Below are positions 19,958-30,510 of a stretch of DNA of 64,000 bases, piece by piece. This DNA comes from an uncultured delta proteobacterium (GTDB lineage: Bacteria; Desulfobacterota; Desulfobacteria; Desulfobacterales; JAHEIW01), in the NCBI GenBank assembly GCA_963706575.1, contig CAVPNL010000013.1:44513-108512 (forward strand), in the 5' to 3' direction. Under the pieces are notes generated by a model. The model saw only the letters and a list, made by a program, of their open reading frames with translations. It ran no database searches and had not been told where the DNA came from. How positions within the stretch are numbered: the stretch's first letter is position 1; each line of letters opens with the position of its first letter. The position numbers were made by a program, and so were the translations under genes.

Positions 19958-20548
19958 ATGACCGCAGTAATTATTATCGGGGGCATCATTCTTTTGGCAA
20001 TTATAATTGTAGCTGCTATTTACAACAGCCTGATTACACTTCGAAACCGCTACAAAAATTCTTTTTCGCAAATCGATGTCCAGCTCAAACGCCGCTATGA
20101 CCTGATCCCCAATCTGGTTGAAACGGCCAAAGGTTATATGAAGCATGAACGCGAAACCCTGGAGGCCGTCATCAACGCCAGAAACAGCGCCTTGAGTGCC
20201 AGCCAGAAAGCATCCGGAAATCCCGGAGATCCGGCTGCCATGAAAGACCTGGCCAGTGCCGAGACCTTACTGACAGGGACGTTAGGCCGCCTGTTTGCGC
20301 TCGCTGAAAATTATCCTGATTTGAAAGCCAATGAAAACATGCTGCAGCTGCAGGAAGAGTTAACGTCGACTGAAAACCGGGTTGCCTTCGCACGTCAGGC
20401 CTTTAACGACGCAGTGACCGCTTACAATATTGCCTGCGAAAAATTTCCCCATACGATCATCGCGGGCATGTTTAATTTTTCACCGGCTCAATTGCTGGAA
20501 TCCACCGAAGCTCCCGAAGAAAGAAAAGCACCTAAAGTTTCCTTTTAA
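19958..20548 (+). CDS. lemA: LemA family protein
   Basis: IDVQLKRRYDLIPNLVET, ENYPDLKAN, TENRVAFARQ. Confidence 0.95.
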   Translation: MTAVIIIGGIILLAIIIVAAIYNSLITLRNRYKNSFSQIDVQLKRRYDLIPNLVETAKGYMKHERETLEAVINARNSALSASQKASGNPGDPAAMKDLASAETLLTGTLGRLFALAENYPDLKANENMLQLQEELTSTENRVAFARQAFNDAVTAYNIACEKFPHTIIAGMFNFSPAQLLESTEAPEERKAPKVSF

Positions 20549-20620
20549 GAATTATAAAAAAAGTATTTAACACTCGATGGCAGAGTTCTATTCCTAATAT
20601 AATTGCTCACAACAATAAGT

Positions 20621-20747
20621 GAGCTAAAATTAAAAATGAGCTAAAATGCCTAAAGTTATGGTTTCGCTGCGCTCCGCCTTTTATTATATAAATGATAGAA
20701 TGCCTCAATTTTAGGCATTTTAGCTCATTTTAGGCATTTTAGGCATT
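20621..20747. repeat. Tandem-repeat-armed palindrome (CTAAAATGC/GAG units)
   Basis: gagctaaaatgcctaaagtt ... ttttaggcattttagctcattttaggcattttaggc; a related single arm lies at 39358-39400. Confidence 0.7.
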
Positions 20748-20820
20748 TCTAACTTTTGAACACCTTTTGTACTTTTTTTCTCCGCTCTCGAAGAGAAGCT
20801 GCTAACTTTGAATTAGAGCA

Positions 20821-22734
20821 ATGGATTTTTTTAAAGAACAGGATAAATCACGAACAAAAACCACCCAGTTAATCGGTTTATTTATCCTGGCCGTTGTGGC
20901 TGTCGTATTGGCGGTTTACGTGATTGCCGTCATGGTTTTGTTTTTTTACGGCGCCCGCCAGCCGGGTTTCAACCCGAACAACTTTCACTGGATCCAGCCC
21001 CGTTTGGGATTCTGGGTGGTCAGCGTCACCCTGCTGATTATTTTTATCTCAAGCGCAGCTAAAATTATCGCCTTGGCGAAAGGCGGCAGCGCCGTTGCTG
21101 AAAACCTGGGCGGAAGACTCATCAATGCGTCTGCCACCGATCGTGATGAACGCAGGCTGATAAACGTTGTCGAAGAAATGTCGCTTGCTGCCGGTGTCCC
21201 TGTGCCTCAAGTTTATATCCTTGACCGCGAAAAAGGCATCAACGCCTTTGCTGCCGGCTACTCGCCCAATGATGCGGCGGTGGCCGTTACCCGCGGATGT
21301 TTAACCCAACTGAGCCGTAATGAGCTTCAAGGCGTCATTGCCCATGAATTCAGCCATATCCTAAACGGTGATATGCGCTTAAATATTCGCCTGATCGGTT
21401 TTCTTAGCGGAATTATGGTACTTGCCCAGATTGGATATCTTATTCTGCGATCCAGATCCAGCAGCCGAAAAAGCGGGGCCCAGATTGTTGTGGTGGGATT
21501 GGGCCTGCTGATCATCGGATTTGTGGGTCAATTATTCGGCAGGATGATCCAGGCAGCGGTATCGCGTCAGAGAGAATTTTTCGCGGATGCCTCATCGGTG
21601 CAATTCACGCGAAATCCCAGGGGAATTGCAGAGGCGCTAAAAAAAATCGGCGGATTTATGACGGGATCCAGAATTGAATCACCCAACGCCGGAGAGATCT
21701 GTCATATGTTCTTTGGTAAAGCCATTCGAACATTGTTTGCCACCCACCCGCCATTAACCGACAGAATTTATCGACTGCAACCCGATTTCAACGGCCAGTT
21801 TATCCCGCTGGCGATTTCGGATGAAGAACCTGCGTCGCTGGCGTCTGAGCCCCCAAAATCTGAGTTGGATGCAGCCATGCAGCCTGTAGCAGGATTTGTG
21901 ATCGGCGCCGACTCCGTTATCAAGCGACCGGGAAATATAACGCCGCAAAATCTTAACCGCAGCCGGCAGCTTTTGGCCGCAATCCCGGAACCGGTCAAAA
22001 ACGAACTCAGCGACACCCTGGGGTCAATCTGCGTCACCTGCGCCCTATTATTGGAAAAGGATTCGACCTTAAAAGCAAGGCAGATCAAAAGCCTGCACAA
22101 AGTTGCGCCTGAGGACGTAATTCGGCATATTTTGCTCCTCGAAAACGAATTGAAAGATATCAATCCCCAGTTGCGGCTTCCCATCCTGGATCTTGCCATG
22201 CCGGTTTTACGACAGATGTCCGCCCGTCAGTATGCAAAATTCCATGAGCTTGTTCAAATCCTCGCGGAGGCCGACGCCAAACTCTCTCTTTTTGAATTTG
22301 CGCTGCTGGAAATCATCACGCATCGGCTGGGAGCGACCTTCAGACGTCATAAAAGGGAAGTGATTTATAAAAACATCGAGTCACTCGCAGGTGATGCCGT
22401 CAATATCCTTTCAAAGCTGGCCCACGTGGGGCATCCCGCAGAGGTTGCAGCCCAGGCCGCTTTTAATTCCGGATGGTCGAAATTGCATATCAGCGCTTCA
22501 ACTCGGGACTGGGACATGCTGCCGGCCGGCAAGGTGTCGTTTAGCGTGCTGCGGGTGGCCCTGAAACGGTTTTCGCATGCCACCCCGGGGGTTAAAAAAG
22601 CCATCCTGGATGCCTGTGCCCACTGCGTGCTGCATGACAAAAAGGTGACGGTCGAAGAGGCGGAGCTTTTGCGCGCCGTTGCCTATACGTTAGACATACC
22701 GCTACCACCATTTCTCGAAGCCTTTGGTGAATAA
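20821..22734 (+). CDS. M48 (HtpX-like) zinc metalloprotease with TerB-like C-terminal extension
   Basis: INAFAAG, HEFSH, SRQREFFADA, FATHPPL; follows lemA. Confidence 0.9.
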   Translation: MDFFKEQDKSRTKTTQLIGLFILAVVAVVLAVYVIAVMVLFFYGARQPGFNPNNFHWIQPRLGFWVVSVTLLIIFISSAAKIIALAKGGSAVAENLGGRLINASATDRDERRLINVVEEMSLAAGVPVPQVYILDREKGINAFAAGYSPNDAAVAVTRGCLTQLSRNELQGVIAHEFSHILNGDMRLNIRLIGFLSGIMVLAQIGYLILRSRSSSRKSGAQIVVVGLGLLIIGFVGQLFGRMIQAAVSRQREFFADASSVQFTRNPRGIAEALKKIGGFMTGSRIESPNAGEICHMFFGKAIRTLFATHPPLTDRIYRLQPDFNGQFIPLAISDEEPASLASEPPKSELDAAMQPVAGFVIGADSVIKRPGNITPQNLNRSRQLLAAIPEPVKNELSDTLGSICVTCALLLEKDSTLKARQIKSLHKVAPEDVIRHILLLENELKDINPQLRLPILDLAMPVLRQMSARQYAKFHELVQILAEADAKLSLFEFALLEIITHRLGATFRRHKREVIYKNIESLAGDAVNILSKLAHVGHPAEVAAQAAFNSGWSKLHISASTRDWDMLPAGKVSFSVLRVALKRFSHATPGVKKAILDACAHCVLHDKKVTVEEAELLRAVAYTLDIPLPPFLEAFGE

Positions 22735-22793
22735 ACCCGATTGCAGAAAAAATTAGTTGTAAGCGCAATAAAAAAATTGGCTACTTCTCGTGT

Positions 22794-23351
22794 TCAGGGC
22801 GGTTCGGTAGCGGATAAGATGCGGCGCGCGGTCCAATAGTATTTTCCCCAGTAGGTTGGGTCGATTTTCGAAAGCGTCACACCTTTGTTTTTGGAGGCGT
22901 GCACAAATTCGGATTCGCCTAAATAAATCCCGACGTGACGCGGATAAGTCGGCGGTTTAAAAAACACCAGATCTCCGGCCTGCAGTTCCTTAAAGGGTAT
23001 CGGCCGCCCCTGCCTTGCCTGCGTTTTAGTGGTCCGCGGCAAATCAACCTTAAAAACATCTTTATAAACCGCTTTCACAAAGCCGGAACAATCGATCCCC
23101 CGGCTGCCGGTCCCCCCCAGGTGATGCCGGGTTCCCTTCCATCTACCATATTCCTGGCGCAGGCGTTTCTCGATCTCAGCATCATTAAAATGCGATTTGA
23201 CGGCTGGAGGATGCGTGGTTCCTGTGGTTGTCACGCGAGACTGTTTTGGGGATGTCGCACACGCCGAAATCAGAAAAAATACTGCCAGGACAATCAATCC
23301 ATGAAAGCTTAAAGATTTATAACTGCAACAGATTTTAAACGCGCGTTCCAT
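22794..23351 (-). CDS. NlpC/P60 lipoprotein peptidase
   Basis: Lipobox ISAC; GIDCSGF, HVGIY and FVHAS catalytic motifs. Confidence 0.9.
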   Translation of the reverse strand: MERAFKICCSYKSLSFHGLIVLAVFFLISACATSPKQSRVTTTGTTHPPAVKSHFNDAEIEKRLRQEYGRWKGTRHHLGGTGSRGIDCSGFVKAVYKDVFKVDLPRTTKTQARQGRPIPFKELQAGDLVFFKPPTYPRHVGIYLGESEFVHASKNKGVTLSKIDPTYWGKYYWTARRILSATEPP

Positions 23352-23448
23352 TTTTTGTTCCCTATTTTACAATCGCTAAATATGTTTATTAATAAATGAG
23401 AGCTTTCTATGGTTACAGATCGGCTAAAATCCCGATTTCTTGAGTTTT

Positions 23449-23464
23449 AGCAAAGCATGTGCCT
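23449..23464 (-). promoter_or_regulatory. Possible sigma-54 promoter for the NlpC/P60 gene
   Basis: The minus strand reads AGGCAC-ATGCT-TTGCT (GG-N10-GC), about 100 nt upstream of the start codon. Confidence 0.5.
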
Positions 23465-23629
23465 GCACTAAGCCGCACAAATTCGTGCCTATGTTTATTG
23501 GAGACGGCCAGTCGGTCTGTAAAGTCGACAGATCGATTCGATTTCAAAAAAAGGAGTGCGGAAAAGTTGCCTATGCAAAACCGTGTTTTACTATTAGAAG
23601 AGGTATTCAAATTTAATGGAGGAAAATCT

Positions 23630-24082
23630 ATGCGTACCATAATCATAGCTTTTATTTTGGTGATCGTATCTGCTCTGTCGCTATCAGCGGAACCCGGCCT
23701 AATCAGCTTAAAAAGTTCGCATGACGTCAGAAATACAGCCGATCGTCTGGAAACGGTTTTAAAAGAAAAAGGGATGACCGTATTTTTGCGGATCAATCAT
23801 AGCGAAGGTGCCCGCAAGGTGGGTGAAAAATTGCGGCCGACGCAATTGGTGATATTCGGTAATCCGAAAGTCGGTACGCCCCTGATGCAATGCAGCCAGA
23901 CGGTGGCAATAGACCTTCCGCAAAAGGCACTCATCTGGCAGGATGAAAGCGGGCAGGTATGGCTGACCTACAATGATCCCCAATACCTGGCGGCACGTCA
24001 CGGAATCGATGGCTGCCAGGCGGTAGTCGTGAAGGTGCAAACCGCACTTAAAAATTTTACCCAGGCCGCCACGCAGCCTTAA
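23630..24082 (+). CDS. DUF302 domain periplasmic protein
   Basis: GGAGG RBS; signal peptide; IFGNPKVGTPLMQ...IDLPQK. Confidence 0.9.
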   Translation: MRTIIIAFILVIVSALSLSAEPGLISLKSSHDVRNTADRLETVLKEKGMTVFLRINHSEGARKVGEKLRPTQLVIFGNPKVGTPLMQCSQTVAIDLPQKALIWQDESGQVWLTYNDPQYLAARHGIDGCQAVVVKVQTALKNFTQAATQP

Positions 24083-24102
24083 ACCGCCGAAGGAAATCAT
24101 CT

Positions 24103-24882
24103 ATGTTCGATTGCGCCTACCTGATTGAAATCCTAACCCCCCTGAGATCCGATCAAGAAAACGTCAAAGAAAATATGGGGCGTTTTGCCGGGCGTTACCG
24201 CCGCATTATGGATTCAGGCTGCGGGGTGTCTATTCCGGACAATCCCATGGGCCGGCCGCGCTATAATGCCCTGGAAGCAATCGATAGTTGCGGCCTCTCG
24301 ATCGATCCGCAAAGAATGGTAATAAACCTAAATACGTTCCACACCAAAGACGAACTGGATGGTGTGCTCAGCAGGGCCTCATCAATGGGTGTCAAATATC
24401 TTCTGATTATCCGGGGTGATGGTGGACCGGACTTGGCAAAGCTCAATCCCCAGAGCATTGGCGGGCAAAAGACCATCGCAACATCCATTGACCTGATCCG
24501 CTACATCAACACAGGGTATGCGGATAGCTTTATCACCGGTGCGGCCTTCAACCCGTATAATCCGATCGATTTTGAAACCCGGCGGTTGCAACAAAAGATG
24601 GCAGCGGGCGCCAAATTTATCATCACCCAACCGATCATCGGCCAGGATCCCCATGTGGATGCACTTCAAAATTTGGGTATCCCCGTTGTCATCGAAGCCT
24701 GGATGTCAAAGAATATCGATCTTCTGTATAAGAGTGTTCGAAAACAGAAAGATGCGTCATCCGAGGTGTATGATCCCGCACAAAACCTAAAAGTTCTGCA
24801 CGACGCCTACCCGCAAAACTGTGTGTATCTTTCGATGCTCAGCTTTAAACAGGACTGGAAGCATCTCCTGCCGAAGTTATAG
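24103..24882 (+). CDS. Short, divergent methylenetetrahydrofolate-reductase-family flavoprotein
   Basis: SIPDNP, IIRGDG, GAAFNPY and AGAKFIITQP motifs. Confidence 0.75.
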   Translation: MFDCAYLIEILTPLRSDQENVKENMGRFAGRYRRIMDSGCGVSIPDNPMGRPRYNALEAIDSCGLSIDPQRMVINLNTFHTKDELDGVLSRASSMGVKYLLIIRGDGGPDLAKLNPQSIGGQKTIATSIDLIRYINTGYADSFITGAAFNPYNPIDFETRRLQQKMAAGAKFIITQPIIGQDPHVDALQNLGIPVVIEAWMSKNIDLLYKSVRKQKDASSEVYDPAQNLKVLHDAYPQNCVYLSMLSFKQDWKHLLPKL

Positions 24883-25058
24883 AAGCGGTTGCCGGTTGTC
24901 TGAGTGTAAAAATTCTGAATTTCAACTTACCCTTCCAAGCTCGAAACTTCAAAGGCTCGCTTGATTCCCGATGATCAATCGTTATCATATTAGAAGGATA
25001 GGTTTCAGACATTGTATGCAGGACACATCGTTTTAGAAGCGCATGAAATGGAGATGAT

Positions 25059-25316
25059 ATGTTGAATCAAACAGAATCAGTGAAATCCCGAATTGATCCG
25101 GTGTGCGGCATGTCCGTAAATCCCGGGACGACAAAAATAATAGCGACCATCGAAGGACGGCAGTATTATTTCTGCGCGGAAGGCTGCCGCAAGGCATTTG
25201 AGGAAAACCCTGGAAAATATATCGAGCCGGAATGTGCAAAACCCAAAAGCTGGTGGGGGCGCTATATGGCCAAACTTCAGAAAGCCACTGGCGGCAAGCC
25301 GATGAAATGCCACTGA
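25059..25316 (+). CDS. YHS/TRASH metal-binding protein
   Basis: DPVCGMSV...YYFCAEGC...F..NP.KY; C-terminal KCH. Confidence 0.9.
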   Translation: MLNQTESVKSRIDPVCGMSVNPGTTKIIATIEGRQYYFCAEGCRKAFEENPGKYIEPECAKPKSWWGRYMAKLQKATGGKPMKCH

Positions 25317-25389
25317 TCCTTATTTTCAAAAAGCGCCGCTCAAACGACCGAGCCGGATAAACACAGCCCCTCAGCCGGTAGCAGGATGG

Positions 25390-25962
25390 TTAACGGGAAT
25401 TGCCGGTATCATATTGGTTGAGAAGTTTCTGGACCCCTTTGAAATACGGCAAATGCGGACGCATGTATTTGAAAAATATACGGCAAAGGATGTATATTGG
25501 AATGAAGGTGAAGATATATCCTACCGACTTTCCGAAAATCAGCGACAGCGGAAATGCCAGATCAAACTGCACCTCGGAAAATCTCGTCTGCATCCACCCC
25601 AGTGCAAATGGTATGGGCCACAGGATCCCGGCGGAATAGGCCACCATCGTAAAGAAGTGCTTTCCCCAGACATCGGTCGCCTGCTTGTTTAAAGATTTGT
25701 AACCGTCTTTGTCCCCGGCACGGTAAGCCGCTATGGAAAGCATCTCCTTTTCCTTCATTTCCTTGGACATGGAATCCAAATAACGCTTGTTGAACCGGAT
25801 GGCCAGGGAAATGCTCAACTCGCCGATGACAATGCAAATAAACGCAAGGATCGTGGTGCCGATGAAATAGTCGATAAGGCCATAACCCGAGATTCGGTAA
25901 AAGGTGATCAAAAAGCTGTCCGCCTGCAGGGCAAGCGTATCAAAAAGGCCGTAGATATCCAT
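25390..25962 (-). CDS. Membrane protein, TM-coiled-coil-TM-TM topology (DUF106/EMC3-like?)
   Basis: Hydrophobic helix, charged helical hairpin, then two further TM segments; co-oriented downstream of the TauE gene. Confidence 0.7.
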   Translation of the reverse strand: MDIYGLFDTLALQADSFLITFYRISGYGLIDYFIGTTILAFICIVIGELSISLAIRFNKRYLDSMSKEMKEKEMLSIAAYRAGDKDGYKSLNKQATDVWGKHFFTMVAYSAGILWPIPFALGWMQTRFSEVQFDLAFPLSLIFGKSVGYIFTFIPIYILCRIFFKYMRPHLPYFKGVQKLLNQYDTGNSR

Positions 25963-26136
25963 GAATATCTTTTGGTTAAAGTTGCTGCCCTTCTTCGCCC
26001 CAATGTTCCCAATTTGCAAAAGAGCGCTTTACCTTAACATTTCAGCGGATGGGGGATTAACCTGCGGCTGTTCGGGACCGAACTCAAATAGATGTTCGGC
26101 CCCGAACCCGCTACACTCAGAGCGCCCGAGGGCCTA

Positions 26137-27280
26137 TCATAGCATTTGAATGCCGAAAAAGCCTCGCAGGGTGTATCTTAAGCCGATGTACAGCGCCAAA
26201 ACGATGAATATCCCTTTTAAGACCTTGGCGGGTATGTACTTGCCGGTCCTCGGTCCGATCATGGAACCAATGAAGATGCCGATCAACTCCGCTCCGATCA
26301 GGGTCCAATGGACCACGACTCCCTTCAAGACCATGAAATTGAAGATGGCAAAAATCATACCGATCAACACCGAAAGCGCCGAAGTTCCCGCCACCACGAA
26401 CATGGGCAGCCCGACCACGCTGGTCAGGAAGGGCACGTAGAGAAATCCGCCGCCGACACCCAAAAATGAGGCAATACAGGAAATAAAAAACCCACCGACG
26501 AAGGCCCATATCGGACTGAAGGTGAATTTTTGTCCGAAAAAGGAAAATTCGGTTTTGACTAAACTCCATTTCAGCGTTTTGATGCCCTGCTCGGTGATGT
26601 CCTTTTTTTCTTTGATGCTTGCTTCAAATGCCTTGGCCGCCTCCTGGGAGGATTTCTTTTTGGCCTGTCCCTTGGGGGTCATTTCGTAGATCATGAACCC
26701 GCCGATGACAAAAACGCACAGCCCGAACCAGCCCTGATATTGCGAGAAGCTGATTTTGCCCGCCGTGGTAAAAACCACCAGCAGGGTGGCAAAAAGGGCT
26801 CCAATCCCCATGAAAAAACCCAGGGCTGTGACCAGCCGTTTTTGCCGGGCGTAGTTGATGCTGGATACCAGGGCTGATAGGCCCACCAGCCACTGATTGG
26901 AAACCCGGATGCTGTCGGTAACAAGCTTGTTCAAACCCGGCGCAGACGCTTTAAAGGTCTTGGCATAGGTACCGAGTCCATAGATGGTCATGTGGCCGAC
27001 GCCGGCCATGATTCCCCCAAAGGCGCCGACGGTGGAGAAAATCCAACCCACCCAGATGGCCCACAAAAGACCGATAATGGGATTCAGCTTCGGGGACCGC
27101 CCGGAATGCCCAGATAGCCCTTCTCCGCATCGGGATTGATCTGTCCTTTTTCGGTCCCCTGAGCTGCTTTGCGATCGCTTCCTCCACCGTCTCGGCTGAG
27201 GCATCACCGGCTAAAATAAATGGGACAGCTAATGTGAAAAGCAGCAAAATCGATCCGACAACCAAAATAGTTTTCCTCAT
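26137..27280 (-). CDS. TauE/SafE (sulfite exporter family) membrane protein; two frameshifts near 27170 and 27092
   Basis: GGAGG RBS before ATG 27280; the signal-like N-terminus joins PKLNPIIGLLWAIWVGWIFSTVGAFGG; FLGVGGGFLYVP, AGTSAL. Confidence 0.8.
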
Positions 27281-27484
27281 GTCCTCCCTCCTTAAAATGT
27301 GAATTGATCAGTTAGCCCTAAAGGCCTGTCTCATGCAGCTGTTTTGTATTTAAACACCATTACGATATGATTTGATATCAGCAGATTAATAGTTCCCAGA
27401 TTCGGAAGTCCTTAAAAATTGGATATTTTTGAATAATTAAAGTAAACTGAAGTTTAATTCATAAAGGCCTCATGTTCATATCAG

Positions 27485-27502
27485 TGCAATAAAAACATTG
27501 CA
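27485..27502. promoter_or_regulatory. Palindromic operator candidate TGCAAT-N6-ATTGCA in a divergent promoter region
   Basis: Perfect 6-bp arms between the TauE gene and the Mo-enzyme operon. Confidence 0.4.
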
Positions 27503-27789
27503 ATTTTATTTTTTTTCAGCATTGTTTACCATTCTTTTTGACTTAACTTTTTTCCCATTATCTAATATAACGTATCAAAATTATGAATAGATTGCAGATC
27601 TTCTACCAGGAGCCGCAATCGGTGCTAAAACCGGTGCAAGCTGTTATAATTATTGCTGAAGCAGAATCAAATGGTAAAGTGCCGTTTTCGAAATGGGCAC
27701 TATTCGGATCGCATCATATATTGCTTTTTGTTCAAGGATTTTGTAATGAGTCCAATTTGAAATTTTACTGCGGAGGAGAAATTAAAGTC

Positions 27790-29894
27790 ATGAAAGAATC
27801 GGTATTCAGTATTTGCGGAATGTGCACGGTCAGATGCCCCATTCAAGTCGAGGTTGAAGACGGGGTTGTCAAATGGATTGAAGGCAACCCCCAGGATCCG
27901 GGTATGGCCGGACGCCTGTGTGCCAAAGGCTCCGCCGGCCTTGCCATGCTTTATGACTACGAAAGACCCCAGCACCCCATGATCAGAGAAGGCAAGCGCG
28001 GAGAAGGCAAATGGAAAAAGGCCACCTGGGATGAAGCCCTGGACTATATCGCCAAAAAATTGAAAGCCATCATCAAAAAGGATGGTGCCAGGAGCAATTG
28101 CGCTGAGTGATCGCGGCGGACCGTTTCGCGATATCCACCGCAGTTTTCTGAGGGCCATCGGTTCGCCCAACTACTTCAACCACGATTGCACCTGTGCACG
28201 CAACGTTCAGCATGCCGCCCTGTCGCTTTTTGGCTCCGGCCGCAAGACCTTTAATTATGATTACGGCAACTGCAAGCATCTGGTTCTATACGGCCGCAAT
28301 GTATTTGAGTCCTCTGCGGGTCAAAGCAGGCCGGTAAAATTATGGACATGCTCGATAAGGGCGGAAAAATTACCTACATCGACCCGCGGGCAGCCGGCAC
28401 CGCCATGAAGGCCACCCGATACTGGGCGATTCGCCCGGGCACGGACTATGCCCTCAACCTGGGAATTATCCACACGGTGCTGCGCGGACAAGCTCTATGA
28501 TGCCGAATTCGTCAGACAGTGGGTGTTGGGATTAAAAGAGCTGGAATCATTTGTGTCTCCTACACACCGGAGTGGGCCGCTCAGGAAACCGGAATTCCGG
28601 CCAGATGAAATCATTGCATTTGCGCATGAAATCGCCGAGGATCGACCGGCGGTCATTTTCCATCCGGGCTGGATGGTGGCCCGATATACCGGATTCGTTT
28701 TACGCAATCCGATCGATCTATATCTCTGAACGCTCTGATGGGTGCATTCGAATCGCCCGGCGCGACTCTTTTTCCAGAAGGGCCCCGGGGATGTCGGAGA
28801 AAAGGGCCTGAAATCCCTGATGGATACCATCCCCAAGCCCGAAGAAAAACGGGTGGACGGATGCGGCTGGAAATACAAGCATTTCGAAGCCGGACCGGGA
28901 TTGTTGCATTTGATGTATCAGGCAATTTTGAGCAAAGAACCCTATCCCATTAAAGCCTATATCGCTTTTCGACATGACCCCTTGCTGTCGTTGCCGGACC
29001 CGGAAGCCCAGAAGAAAGTATTCGATAAACTGGATCTGCTGGTCTCGATAGACGCTAATTACAGCGAGACGGCCTGGTATGCCGACGTGCTGCTGCCGTC
29101 GGCGACCTATCTGGAAAAATCAAGCGTTTTATCAACCGGTAAGGGCCTCAAACCCCAGTTTCAGATGCGGCAAAAGGCGGTGGATCCCCGTAACGAGGCC
29201 AAACCCGACTGGTGGATTTTCAAATCATTGGCCGAGCGCCTCGGGGTCGGTAAATATTTTAAATTCAGCGATATCGAAGAGTTCTGGGAATGGCAGCTGG
29301 AAGGCACTGGCGTCTCGGTGACAGATCTGGAAAAAAAGGGATCCGTCGCCCTGACCGATAAGCCCGTCTGGTGGGATCGCCTGCAAAGATCTTAAATTCA
29401 AAACGCCTTCGGAAAAAATTGAATTTGTGTCCAGCCGCCTGGCCGAAAGCGACATCGAATCGTTCAAACCCTATGAGCGCCCGAAACAACCGGAGCCGGG
29501 ATATTTTCGACTGGCATTCGGCAGAAGCCCGGTCCATACCCACGGCCGCACTCAGAACAACCCGGTCCTCAGCGAAATCATGCCCGAAAATTCATTATGG
29601 ATCAATGTTGATGAGGCTGCTAAACTGGAAATCTCCGATGGTGACCGGGTTCAGGTCACATCTTCCGACGGCAGCCACAGCGGCACCATAAAGGCCTTTG
29701 TTACCGAATTTATCCATCCGGAGTCGGTGTTCATGGTCCATGGTTTTGGCCGCAAGGTCCCTTGGCAGACCCGCGGGTACAACAAAGGGCTGGGTGATTA
29801 TCGCTTTGAAACTGGCCTGCTGGATGTTTATGACCCGGTCGGCGGCGCCATCGCGCTGATGGAGTGTTTCGTTAAAGTTGAAAAAGTCTCATAA
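27790..29894 (+). CDS. Molybdopterin (DMSO reductase family, PhsA/PsrA-like) catalytic subunit without Tat signal; many frameshifts (probable sequencing indels)
   Basis: CGMCTVRC...LCAKG Fe-S motif; GSPNYFNHDCTC; IDPR...IRPGTD; SETAWYADVLLP...YLEK; molydopterin-binding C-terminus HTHGRTQNN. Pieces are spread over all three frames. Confidence 0.8.
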
Positions 29895-29919
29895 CAGAAA
29901 TGGAATCGGAGGAATATCC

Positions 29920-30423
29920 ATGAGCAAATATTACATCTACCAGGATACCCGGCGATGCATCGGGTGCTTCAGCTGCGAGTCCCATTGCAAAATGAAAAAC
30001 AATCTGCCGATCGGGCCGCGTCTAACCCAGATTGTTTCGGTCGGTCCTAAAAAAGTCAACAATTTGCCCCGTATGGCCTGGGTGTTCATGCCGTGCTTCC
30101 ACTGCCAGGATCCGTGGTGTGTGTCGGCCTGCCCGACCGGGGCCATGCAGAAACGGCCAAAGGATGGCATCGTATTTGTCGAATCCGAACTGTGTGTGGG
30201 CTGCAAGGCCTGCATTACCGCCTGTCCCTGGGGGACACCGCAATGGAATCCGCAGACGGGTAAAGCCGTTAAATGCGATTATTGTATGGACCGCGTTGAC
30301 CAGGGTTTGCAACCGGCCTGCGTCACCAAATGCATCACCAAATGCCTTCATTTCGGTGAACCGTCAATTAAATCTAAGAGCCGGAGAGAACGACACGCTC
30401 AGCAGGTTGCCGATTTTGACTAA
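29920..30423 (+). CDS. 4Fe-4S dicluster electron-transfer subunit (DmsB/PsrB-like)
   Basis: CIGCFSC..C, CFHCQDPWCVSACP, CVGCKACITACP, KCDYC. Confidence 0.95.
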   Translation: MSKYYIYQDTRRCIGCFSCESHCKMKNNLPIGPRLTQIVSVGPKKVNNLPRMAWVFMPCFHCQDPWCVSACPTGAMQKRPKDGIVFVESELCVGCKACITACPWGTPQWNPQTGKAVKCDYCMDRVDQGLQPACVTKCITKCLHFGEPSIKSKSRRERHAQQVADFD

Positions 30424-30510
30424 AACCGAAACAATTCATTTGGATGAATCGCATCTGCGTTGAATTTAGGGATCAGCTAATAGCGCATTTTCGGCATAGG
30501 AGAGGAAAAA

